This document shows positions 8,407-16,131 of a DNA stretch of 21,871 bases, piece by piece; the stretch's first letter is position 1, and each line of letters begins with the position of its first letter. Made by a program: the position numbers and the translations under genes. The DNA comes from Candidatus Sericytochromatia bacterium (GTDB lineage: Bacteria; Cyanobacteriota; Sericytochromatia; S15B-MN24; UBA4093), in assembly GCA_036676495.1 (NCBI GenBank), contig JAKFCT010000104.1, positions 1 to 21,871 on the forward strand, in the 5' to 3' direction. The notes beneath the pieces were generated by a model. The model was given only the letters and a program-made list of their open reading frames with translations, was not told the origin of the DNA and did no database searches.

Positions 8407-10623
8407 TCAGGCCAGCATGCCGAGTTGCGTGCCACCCTCGGGGATCCCCAGGGCGGTGCGCAGCTTGCGGAAGCCCTCCGCGCTGGGCGCGAGGCCGGCC
8501 GCTTCCATGAGGACGGCGACATCGGTCCGCAGCTCTCCGAAGCGCTCCGCGGGCTTGGAGAAATGCTTGCGGGTGATGAGCTCTCCGAGCGCGATCTCCG
8601 CGGCCTGGGCGAGCTCCTTGGCCATGGAAGGCCGCTTCCCGGCGCTGCGCGGCGGCAGCTCCCCGAAGGCCTCCAGGTCGACCCCGTAAAGCAGCGCGAT
8701 CTCCTGGTCGAGCTGCTCCATGCGCTCGGCGGTCCTGCGACGCAGCACGCGGGCCTCGGCCTGGAAGGCCTCGAACGCCTCGGTGAGAGCCTCCAACGAC
8801 GGCCAGGTCTGGGCGAGGATTTGCTCGGCGAAGGCGTCGAGTCCGGCCAGTTGCTGCCAGTGCAGGCAATCGAAGGTCATTTGCCCCAGCGTCGATTGGG
8901 TCGCCGCGTCCGGGATCACGATGGGCAGCGAGCCCAGAGTCGGCGTGTCGAGGTGCAGCGTCAGCTGGGCGCGGTTGGTGATGACCAGCTGGAAGTAGGC
9001 CTCCAGCAGGCGGGAGTTGAGGAGACCCACCAAAAACAGCGGGTCGACGGGAATCCGGGGCTCCAGGACGTTCACCGTGTCCAGGGGCAGGGCGCCCTCC
9101 GGGATCAGGGTCGCCACCACGGAGCTGGCGATGTTCTGGTAGCCCACCTTGGGCTGGGTGACGACGTCCAAGCGGAAGCGATCGCGCAGGGCGAAGCCCT
9201 CGGGCAGCCGCATGAGCGAGCCGGGAGCCAGGGGGCCGAAGCGGCGGATATCGCGGCCCCGGACGACGGGCACTCCGTTGCCATGCTTGGAGAGAATCGG
9301 ATCGCGCGCGGAGATGTTGGCGCCGCGCCGGATCTGGGCGATCGCCTCGAGGGGCTGTCCCGCCGCTTCCATCCGCTCGATCAAGGGGCCAATCTGCCGA
9401 TCCGCGTAGATGGGCATGGTGGGCCGACCCACGAAGAAGCCGGGCACTTGCTCACCGAGGTGGCGGAACGTGCCGTCGCGATAGCTGTCGAGCCGAACGG
9501 CCGCCTCGCGGCGCGGAATCTCGAGCAGCATCAACGGGTTGGTGGCGGGTTTCTTGCCCTTCGCGACCACGAAGGCGATGGTTTCCAGGTTCACCCCCGG
9601 GAAGCATGCGCCGAGATCCGCCAGGGCGACGGGACGCGCCACCTCGGTCAGGAGGCGGCGGCACTCCGCGTAGGCGCCGGTGCGCGTCACGCCATGCGGT
9701 ACGACGAAGCCGAGCCGCCCGCCGTCCTTGAGCAGGCGCAGCGAGCGCTCGATGAAGAGCGCGGTGGTATCCTGCCGGCCCTTGCCGACCTGGTAGTGCC
9801 GCTGGAACAAGGCCTTCTGAGCCGAGGGGATCTCGGCCCCGTAGGGAGGATTCCCCACCACGGCATCGAAGCCGGCTTCCAGCAGCCACGGGTGCTCGGT
9901 CAAGGTATTGGCGCTCAGCAAACGCGGGGTGAAGGGGGTCTTCAGCTCGGGGCAAAGCTTCAGCTGCACGAAGGCCAGCCGGATGCCCGCGAGACGGATG
10001 GCCCAGGGGTCGAGGTCGACTCCGACGAGGTGACGCTCGATGACCCGCTTCAGGCGCAGGATGCGGCCCTCGGCTCCGGTCTGAGGGACCCAGACCCGCT
10101 CGAAGAGGGCTTCGACGGCCGGAGCCAGGAAGTTGCCCGCTCCGCAGGACGGGTCGATCAGGCGGAAGTGCTTGCTCAGCGGTTGATCCGCCGGCGGCAA
10201 GGAATGCGTGAGCACGTAATCGACGACTTCCTGCGGCGTGTAGAAGACGCCATTGGATTTCTTGTGGTCGTGGGAGAGGTGGCGCTCGAAAAGCGGGCCG
10301 AGCCATTCGCCGTCCGAGGCTTCCCAGGCATGCGCGGCGAGCTGGTCGGAAAGGCTGCGGACCAGCGCGTCGATGGTGACGCCATGGCGCAGGGGCAGCG
10401 GGGCCTCGGAGGCGAAGAGCGGCGCGCGCTCGCGTCCCAGCGAGGAGAGGGTGCCGTGAAGGGCTTCGGCCAGGAGGGCGCGCTCGCCTTCGTGGCGAAT
10501 CCAGGTCCAGAGGGCTTGAGCCAGGACGTAACAGGCTTCAGGGCCGCCGTTGGCCACGGCCAAGGCAGCGGTGAGTTCCCGGACGCAGTGATCGAGCGTC
10601 GCGGCTTTGAGTTGGGTAGTCAC
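8407..10623 (-). CDS. N6-adenine DNA methyltransferase, gamma class (TaqI/Eco57I-like), with target-recognition domain and no evident nuclease domain
   Basis: GVFYTP, motif I DPSCGAGNF, GVDLDP, motif IV VVGNPPY, LKDGGRLGFVVP; TaqI_C-like PVVRGRDIRRF...LVGLLNSRL...LPI. Confidence 0.92.
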   Translation of the reverse strand: MTTQLKAATLDHCVRELTAALAVANGGPEACYVLAQALWTWIRHEGERALLAEALHGTLSSLGRERAPLFASEAPLPLRHGVTIDALVRSLSDQLAAHAWEASDGEWLGPLFERHLSHDHKKSNGVFYTPQEVVDYVLTHSLPPADQPLSKHFRLIDPSCGAGNFLAPAVEALFERVWVPQTGAEGRILRLKRVIERHLVGVDLDPWAIRLAGIRLAFVQLKLCPELKTPFTPRLLSANTLTEHPWLLEAGFDAVVGNPPYGAEIPSAQKALFQRHYQVGKGRQDTTALFIERSLRLLKDGGRLGFVVPHGVTRTGAYAECRRLLTEVARPVALADLGACFPGVNLETIAFVVAKGKKPATNPLMLLEIPRREAAVRLDSYRDGTFRHLGEQVPGFFVGRPTMPIYADRQIGPLIERMEAAGQPLEAIAQIRRGANISARDPILSKHGNGVPVVRGRDIRRFGPLAPGSLMRLPEGFALRDRFRLDVVTQPKVGYQNIASSVVATLIPEGALPLDTVNVLEPRIPVDPLFLVGLLNSRLLEAYFQLVITNRAQLTLHLDTPTLGSLPIVIPDAATQSTLGQMTFDCLHWQQLAGLDAFAEQILAQTWPSLEALTEAFEAFQAEARVLRRRTAERMEQLDQEIALLYGVDLEAFGELPPRSAGKRPSMAKELAQAAEIALGELITRKHFSKPAERFGELRTDVAVLMEAAGLAPSAEGFRKLRTALGIPEGGTQLGMLA

Positions 10624-11043
10624 TTAGGCTTCCGCGGTGATGGTATCGACCCGATAGTTCTGAGGCTCCTGAACCGCCGGATGGTTCAGGACTCCCGTGA
10701 GATCGGTGGGGGTTCGGATGGCGTCGAGGACCTGGGCCGTCGCCTCGGGGGCCAGCTTCAGGTGGACGACGGGTTGCTCCTTGGGGCTGAGCTGGCGAAG
10801 CTGCTCGACGGGAACGGGCCAGTCGGCTTGCTTGGCAAGCCGCTCGATCGCCCCACGGAACGCCACCAGGGACGGCCGGAGGACCAGTTCGAGGCCGAGC
10901 AGGGCTCCGGTCTTGCTCGCGGTAACGCGGACCTGGCCCGGGGCCAAGCCGACCGGGGTGCTGATGGGGACCGGGTTCAACTCGAACGCGTAGGTCTGCT
11001 GACCGCTGACCAGATCGGTCTCGGTCGTGACGGTGGTTTTCAC
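10624..11043 (-). CDS. Hypothetical protein (139 aa) abutting the methyltransferase
   Basis: GTG start with AGGGAG SD, host-like codon usage, TAA immediately followed by the methyltransferase GTG. Confidence 0.75.
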   Translation of the reverse strand: MKTTVTTETDLVSGQQTYAFELNPVPISTPVGLAPGQVRVTASKTGALLGLELVLRPSLVAFRGAIERLAKQADWPVPVEQLRQLSPKEQPVVHLKLAPEATAQVLDAIRTPTDLTGVLNHPAVQEPQNYRVDTITAEA

Positions 11044-11082
11044 TCGACGCTCTCCCTGTGTATTCCTAGAGCTGGTGCTTCC

Positions 11083-11088
11083 ATTCTA
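11083..11088 (-). promoter_or_regulatory. Candidate -10 (TAGAAT) for the 139-aa ORF / methyltransferase pair
   Basis: 40 nt upstream of GTG 11043; same hexamer as the thrS promoter; no good -35. Confidence 0.45.
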
Positions 11089-11103
11089 CCCCAGGGCGCA
11101 ACG

Positions 11104-13104
11104 CTATTTTGTGAGCACCGTCTCTTGCTCATGCGCGAGGGTCACGCCGCCCCGGGCGCCCAGCTCGGCCCCGAGGCTGAGGGTGAAGCCCGCCTTGAAC
11201 TCCGCGGCGGTCCGCTTGATGGCCAGCACGGAACGATCCTTGAGCTCGACGGTGTCCTTGGAGATCGGCCGGGTCGTCGCGTAGCCGAGGCCTTCCACCA
11301 CGCCCTTCTCCTCCATCTGCTTCGCGACCTTGGCCACTTCCTCCGGCTTCAGCTCGTAGCTCACCCGCACCGTGTCCGTGGTGCTGATCTGCGCGATGAC
11401 GCCGTTGTCGATCGGCCGGCCGAAGATGTCCTCGACGGTGGTCCGGATGCCCTCGAACTTCTCCTTGCTCATTTCTTCGTGCAGCTTCACGCTCTTCAGG
11501 TTGCCGTCCTCGCCGTAGGTGAGGGCCACGGTCCGGTTGCCGGAGACGCCTTCGCCCTTGCCCCAGCCGAGGACTCCCACGGAGGCCTTGGCCTTGCCGT
11601 CAAGCTGCACCGAGAGGGTGCGCTCGCCGGTCCGGAAGTTGACGTTGCCGCCGACGGAGGCCGAGCCGCCGAGCGCCCCCGAGACGCTGCCAATCTGGAG
11701 CTGGAGCTTGTCGAGGATCGAGCCTTCGACCTCGTCGACCTTCTCCTGGACCTTGCCCTTTACATAGTCCGTGCCGGCCTTCGTGATCTTCTGCCCGAAG
11801 GACTTGGGCCCTTCGGACTCGCTCGCCTCCTCGCTTTCCGAGGCGCCCTCGCCCTTGAAGATGCCTACCTGAGCGCTCGCGCTCGCGGTCGCCTGGGCGT
11901 AGAGACCTCCCTCGCCGTCCACGGAGTAGAGATGCTTGCCGAACTCGGCGATGAGCTCCCGGCCTTCCAGCGCCGTCTTGCCGGCGAGGGCCGTGCCGAC
12001 GCCCGGGATGGCGCTCTCGGCGCTCGCGGAACCGGCCATCTTCATCATGCCGGTGAGCACGCCCATGTCCTTGCCATCATTGGGATCGAAGGCGAACGCG
12101 AAGGCCACCCGGCCGGTGACGCCGCCTCCGGCTTCCGCGTTGGCGGAGGCCTTGATGCCCGCCTCGTAGCCGGCCGCCTTCACGGTGGCATCGAAGCCGA
12201 CGTTCGCCGAGTAGCTGGCGCCGGCCCGGCCTTCCAGCTCCATGGTCACCTTCAACTCGGTGGGAGGGTTGCCGTTGGCATCCTTCGGCTCGAGGAGGAT
12301 CTTCCCCTCGGCGTCGCGCTTCGGCATCCGGGCGATCGAGAGGGTGCCTCCCGCATCGACCTTCGCGTTGGGAATCCCGAATTCTTCCAGCGGAATGGTG
12401 GCGCCGGCTTCGATCTTGATGGAAACCGACTCGCCGACGCTCAGTCGATTGGTCAGCACGGGGCCCAGGGCTCCGACGGCCTGGTCCTGGAACTCGTCGT
12501 CCGCGCCGAGCACGGAGCGATCCAGGCGGGGGTCGATCACGTCGTCGTAGACCTTCTTGCCGGAAACCTCCGCGGCATCCTTGATCGAGCCCAAGAGGCT
12601 CTGGCCCTCGGCCCGGGATTCGCGGTATTCCTGGACGCCCGCGCTCAGGATGTCGCTGCCGGTCTGGACGGCCTCGTCGATTTCCTTTTCGAGCTTGGCG
12701 ATCTGCTCGCCGAGTTCGTTGACCTCCTCCTTGGCCTTTGCCAGGAGGCTCTGCACGCCGTCTCCCACGAAGTCGGCCACTCCATTGAGCGCGCGCTTCC
12801 AGAGGGGTTGTTTCTCGGCTTCGGCCTTCTTCTTCTCGCTGTCGGCCTGCGCGGAGTTCATCTCCAGCTGCAGTTGCGTCAGCTTCAACTTCTTGTCGGA
12901 AAGCTCCTGGCGCTTGCTGTCGATCGCCGAATCCGGCTTCGGCAACTCCAGCTTTCGCCCCGTCACGGCCTTTTCATCGGCGGGAGGCGCGGCCTTGGGC
13001 GCTTTGGGCGGCTCGGGAGGCTGCGGGAGCGGTTGCGAGATGCTCCGGGAGAGCGGCTGCGTTCCCCCAACCGGATAGCCGTTATCGATCCTGCGGTTCG
13101 TCAT
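11104..13104 (-). CDS. Hypothetical 666-aa protein: Pro-rich disordered N-terminus, coiled coil, Gly/Ala-rich amphipathic beta region
   Basis: Long ORF with strong GC3 bias, GGGAGG SD, no signal peptide, no recognisable catalytic motif. Confidence 0.85.
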   Translation of the reverse strand: MTNRRIDNGYPVGGTQPLSRSISQPLPQPPEPPKAPKAAPPADEKAVTGRKLELPKPDSAIDSKRQELSDKKLKLTQLQLEMNSAQADSEKKKAEAEKQPLWKRALNGVADFVGDGVQSLLAKAKEEVNELGEQIAKLEKEIDEAVQTGSDILSAGVQEYRESRAEGQSLLGSIKDAAEVSGKKVYDDVIDPRLDRSVLGADDEFQDQAVGALGPVLTNRLSVGESVSIKIEAGATIPLEEFGIPNAKVDAGGTLSIARMPKRDAEGKILLEPKDANGNPPTELKVTMELEGRAGASYSANVGFDATVKAAGYEAGIKASANAEAGGGVTGRVAFAFAFDPNDGKDMGVLTGMMKMAGSASAESAIPGVGTALAGKTALEGRELIAEFGKHLYSVDGEGGLYAQATASASAQVGIFKGEGASESEEASESEGPKSFGQKITKAGTDYVKGKVQEKVDEVEGSILDKLQLQIGSVSGALGGSASVGGNVNFRTGERTLSVQLDGKAKASVGVLGWGKGEGVSGNRTVALTYGEDGNLKSVKLHEEMSKEKFEGIRTTVEDIFGRPIDNGVIAQISTTDTVRVSYELKPEEVAKVAKQMEEKGVVEGLGYATTRPISKDTVELKDRSVLAIKRTAAEFKAGFTLSLGAELGARGGVTLAHEQETVLTK

Positions 13105-13167
13105 CAGTATCCTCCCTGGTCGCGTCGCCCTTCCATGGCTATACCCGCAGACAGGAGGCGGCTTGCA

Positions 13168-13230
13168 GGGTTTAATGGAGGTTTGATGGCGAGGAATCCA
13201 ATCTCAGCGAAGATTTGACGCAGACTTAAT
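13168..13230. promoter_or_regulatory. Two pairs of 11-bp-period direct repeats (OmpR/PhoB-family-type binding sites)
   Basis: GGGTTTAAT 13168, AGGTTTGAT 13179, AGATTTGAC 13211, AGACTTAAT 13222. Confidence 0.5.
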
Positions 13231-13244
13231 ACGAGGAGGTCCGG

Positions 13245-13790
13245 ATGGGCAAGGGGCTTGAAATCGAGGTGAAGTATCGCCTCAAGCCGGGGCAGCGGCA
13301 AGCGATCGAGGACGCGCTCGCAGGCACGGCTTGCGAGCACTGGGAGCAGGAAGACCAATACTTCGACGTCGGCGATCGCGTCCTGCGGATCCGCCAGGAG
13401 AACGGCGCCTGGCTGCTCACCCGCAAGGGCCAGTTTCAGCTCACGGCCGAGGGCACCAAGATTCGCCCCGAAGTCGAGGTGCCCATCCCGGCCCCCTTCG
13501 TCGCCGATCTCGAGGCCCTGATCCTCTGGTTGGGTCATGCGAAGCTCACGCGCGTTCGCAAGTCCCGCGACTCCTACCAGGTGGACGGAGTGACGGTGGC
13601 GCTGGATCGGATCGAGGGTCTGGGGGAGGACTTCGCGGAGTTCGAGGTGCTCAGCGATCGCCCCGATGCCGCTTCCCGCCTGGCGGGGCTGCGGGCGCGC
13701 TTCGGGCTCGGTGACGATCAGGTCGAGCTGAAAAGTTACGCCCGGCTCGTGGCGGAGTCCCAGGGGACCCGCGCCGACGGCCGGGAGTAA
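13245..13790 (+). CDS. CYTH domain protein (class IV adenylate cyclase / triphosphate tunnel metalloenzyme)
   Basis: N-terminal EIEVKY (ExExK), QEDQYFD, LRIR, LTRKG, RPEVE, VRKSR, ALDRIEGLG.FAEFE, KSY; SD GAGGAGG. Confidence 0.93.
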   Translation: MGKGLEIEVKYRLKPGQRQAIEDALAGTACEHWEQEDQYFDVGDRVLRIRQENGAWLLTRKGQFQLTAEGTKIRPEVEVPIPAPFVADLEALILWLGHAKLTRVRKSRDSYQVDGVTVALDRIEGLGEDFAEFEVLSDRPDAASRLAGLRARFGLGDDQVELKSYARLVAESQGTRADGRE

Positions 13791-13800
13791 TCGAAAGGTT

Positions 13801-13831
13801 GAGGGGGCGCTTGGCGCCCCCTCTGAATTTT
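13801..13831. terminator. Terminator between convergent CYTH and slipin genes
   Basis: GAGGGGGCGC-ttg-GCGCCCCCTC followed by TGAATTTT. Confidence 0.8.
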
Positions 13832-13844
13832 GGTGTCAGCCGCG

Positions 13845-14618
13845 CTAGGGGTTGGGCTTGCGGCCGCCCAGGACGCTCGTGAGGCCCTGGAGGAGGTCGA
13901 TGGGCACCGGGAAGATGATCGTGGAGTTCTTCTCGCTGGAGATGTCGGTGAGGGTTTGCAGGTAGCGCAGCTGCAGCGAGGTGGGCTCGGAGGCGATCAC
14001 CGCCGCGGCGGCCGCGAGCTGCTGGGAGGCCTGGAACTCGCCTTCGGCGTGGATGATCTTGGCCCGCTTCTCGCGCTCGGCCTCGGCCTGCCGCGCCATG
14101 GCGCGCTGCATGCTCTGGGGCAACTCGACGTCCTTGATCTCGACCACGCTGACCTTGATGCCCCAGGGCTCGGTCTGCTCGTCGATGATCTGCTGAAGGC
14201 GCTTGTTGATCTCCTCGCGCTCCGAGAGGATCTCGTCGAGGGCGGACTGGCCGAGCACGTTGCGCAGCGTGGTCTGGGCGATCTGGAGGGTGGCGACGCC
14301 GTAGTCGTAGACCTTGGTCACGGCGTTGGCGGGATCCACCACGCGGAAGTAGACGACCGCGTTCACCTTGATGGTGACGTTGTCGCGGGTGATGACCTCC
14401 TGGACGGGCAGGTCCAGGGTGAGCGTGCGCAGGTCCATGCGCACCATGCGCTCGAGCACCGGGATCAGCAGGATGAGGCCGGGGCCGCGGACGCCGACCA
14501 GTCGGCCGAGGAAGAAGACGACTCCCCGCTCGTACTCCTGGGTGACCTTGATCGCGGAGGCCAAGAGGGCGATGACGAGGACGATGAGAAACCCGAAGGT
14601 CGAAAGGAAGCTAATCAT
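13845..14618 (-). CDS. Slipin / stomatin-like SPFH (band 7) protein
   Basis: [65 protein letters not shown]; ATG 14618 overlaps the nfeD TGA (ATGA). Confidence 0.95.
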   Translation of the reverse strand: MISFLSTFGFLIVLVIALLASAIKVTQEYERGVVFFLGRLVGVRGPGLILLIPVLERMVRMDLRTLTLDLPVQEVITRDNVTIKVNAVVYFRVVDPANAVTKVYDYGVATLQIAQTTLRNVLGQSALDEILSEREEINKRLQQIIDEQTEPWGIKVSVVEIKDVELPQSMQRAMARQAEAEREKRAKIIHAEGEFQASQQLAAAAAVIASEPTSLQLRYLQTLTDISSEKNSTIIFPVPIDLLQGLTSVLGGRKPNP

Positions 14619-15931
14619 GGAGTCTCCTGTATCTGCGGGGACGCTAACGGTTCGACGGTGAGGGTGAGGCCGTTCATGGCGACGACCGTGACATGGGACG
14701 GGGGATCGACCCGGCCGGAGCGCGAGACGGCCGACCAAAGCTCACCGTCCAGGAAGACGAAGCCCTTGGGGTCGAGCGGGCTGCGGACCTCGGCGATCGC
14801 CCCGATCAGCTCCTCGCGGCCGGTCGTGACCTTCCGGCGCCGGGTCCGGATGGCCATGATCATGGCTCCCGTCATCAGGCCGGCGGTGGCGAGGGTCATG
14901 GTCAGGATCACCGGCAAGCTCACGGCGATGCCCGGCGTGGACGGATCGATCAGCATGGACGCGCCGAAGATCAAGGCGATCAGCCCCCCGATGGTCAGGG
15001 CCCCGGCCGAGACCACGAAGAGCTCCAGCACGAACATGATGAAGGCCAGGACGATCAGGGCGACTCCCACGTAGTTCACGGGCAGCATGCCGAGGGCGAA
15101 GAAGGCCATGAGCAGGCAGATGCCGCCCAGGATACCGGGGAAGATGGCCCCGGGGTTGGAGAGTTCGAAGAAGATGCCGAGCATGCCGAGGTTCAAGAGG
15201 ATGAAGGCGATGCTGGGATCGCTGATGGTGTAGAGGAAGCGCTCCAGGCCCGTCATCTCCAGGGGCAGGGTGGCGGCTCCCTGGGTCTTCAGGGTGACCT
15301 TTCGATCGCCGATCGTGACCTGGCGGCCGTCGATCTGGGTCAGGAGGGTGGGAAGGTCCGGGGCCACCAGGTCGATGACGCCCAGGCGCTTGGCCTCGTC
15401 GGCGGTGGCCGAGACGCTCTTGCGGACGGCCTTTTCGGCCCAGTCGGCGTTGCGGCCACGCTCCTTGGCGAGACCCTTGATGTAGGCGGCGGCGTCGTTG
15501 GTGACCTTGTCGGCCATCGCTCCCTTGATTTCCTCGCCGCCTCCGGCGACCGGATGGGCCGCCCCGATGGCGGTGTTGGGGGCCATGGCGGCCACGTGGG
15601 CGGCCAAGGTAATGAAGGCTCCGGCCGAGGCCGCGCGGCCTCCCTGCGGGGAGACGTAGACGATCACGGGAACGGGCGAGCTGATCATGTCCTGGATGAT
15701 GTCGCGCATCGCGGTATCCAGCCCGCCCGGGGTGTCCAGCTGGATCACCACGGCCCCGGCCTTCTGCTCCGCGGCGACCTTCAGGCCGCGATCGACGTAA
15801 CTTGCGACCATGGGGTTGATGGGCCCCTTGATTTCCAGGACGGCCACGGACGGCGCTTGGGCCCATGCGCCTGAAACGAGCGCCACGACGGCGAATCCGA
15901 CCAAGAGAAACCAGCTGAGTAGGCGATTCAT
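14615..15931 (-). CDS. nfeD: Long-form NfeD membrane-bound ClpP-class serine protease
   Basis: Signal peptide, LDTPGGL, RAASAG (catalytic Ser), IGAAHPV, multi-TM region, C-terminal OB domain ([12 protein letters not shown]); canonical pairing with slipin. Confidence 0.93.
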   Translation of the reverse strand: MNRLLSWFLLVGFAVVALVSGAWAQAPSVAVLEIKGPINPMVASYVDRGLKVAAEQKAGAVVIQLDTPGGLDTAMRDIIQDMISSPVPVIVYVSPQGGRAASAGAFITLAAHVAAMAPNTAIGAAHPVAGGGEEIKGAMADKVTNDAAAYIKGLAKERGRNADWAEKAVRKSVSATADEAKRLGVIDLVAPDLPTLLTQIDGRQVTIGDRKVTLKTQGAATLPLEMTGLERFLYTISDPSIAFILLNLGMLGIFFELSNPGAIFPGILGGICLLMAFFALGMLPVNYVGVALIVLAFIMFVLELFVVSAGALTIGGLIALIFGASMLIDPSTPGIAVSLPVILTMTLATAGLMTGAMIMAIRTRRRKVTTGREELIGAIAEVRSPLDPKGFVFLDGELWSAVSRSGRVDPPSHVTVVAMNGLTLTVEPLASPQIQETP

Positions 15932-15957
15932 GATGTTCCTCCCTGCGTGCCGCCTTC

Positions 15958-15963
15958 ATTATA
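15958..15963 (-). promoter_or_regulatory. Consensus -10 (TATAAT) for nfeD-slipin
   Basis: Perfect hexamer 26 nt upstream of the ATG; GGGAGG SD downstream. Confidence 0.65.
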
Positions 15964-15984
15964 CAGTAGCGGAGCGGGGCTTCG

Positions 15985-16020
15985 GAGAAAGGGACGCCCC
16001 CCGCCAGTGGCGAGGGGCGT
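15985..16020 (-). terminator. Minus-strand terminator of the gene fragment left of the integrase
   Basis: Minus strand ACGCCCCTCGCC-act-GGCGGGGGGCGT is fully paired with one G-U only on this strand, then CCCTTTCT. Confidence 0.7.
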
Positions 16021-16040
16021 GACCGGGATTGGAACCGACT

Positions 16041-16112
16041 TCAGGGCTCCACGCTGACGGGGGCCAGTTTCGAGAGCGCCTCCAGCAGCGTCTTGGTTTT
16101 GATGGCCTTAAC
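16041..16112 (-). pseudogene. Displaced 3' end of a host gene (RadA/Sms-like C-terminus), ...VKAIKTKTLLEALSKLAPVSVEP*
   Basis: Host-like GC3 codons, stop at 16041 followed by a terminator, no 5' part, adjacent to the integrase stop; resembles the RadA C-terminal pattern as recalled. Confidence 0.5.
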
Positions 16113-16131
16113 GGTCAAATGTAAATCAAAA
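16097..16131. other. Candidate att junction of the serine-integrase element
   Basis: AT-rich patch overlapping the integrase stop, with inverted repeats TTTTGAT (16097-16103) / ATCAAAA (16125-16131) and imperfect TGGCC-ttaac-GGTCA. Confidence 0.5.

Noticed and set aside
8407-11043. Complete type IIG restriction-modification, BREX or DISARM system
   Set aside because: No evident nuclease domain and no helicase, PglZ or ATPase genes nearby.
13120-13180. Sigma28 (FliA) promoter for the effector-like gene
   Set aside because: TAAA is present but there is no GCCGATAA at the 15-nt spacing.
8425-13218. 1597-aa plus-strand ORF
   Set aside because: Antisense shadow of three minus-strand genes that share one frame; strong GC3 bias removes stops on the opposite strand; no protein-like motifs.
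13830-15959. ORFs 13830..15074 (+), 14693..15874 (+) and 14742..15959 (-)
   Set aside because: Shadow or alternative frames of slipin and nfeD, with low-complexity Arg/Gly/Pro-rich or antisense-type composition.
16014-16040. tRNA T-loop-like GGTTCCAATCC on the minus strand near the prophage edge
   Set aside because: T-stem does not pair beyond 2 bp and no acceptor stem or cloverleaf can be built; a protein-coding remnant explains the region better.
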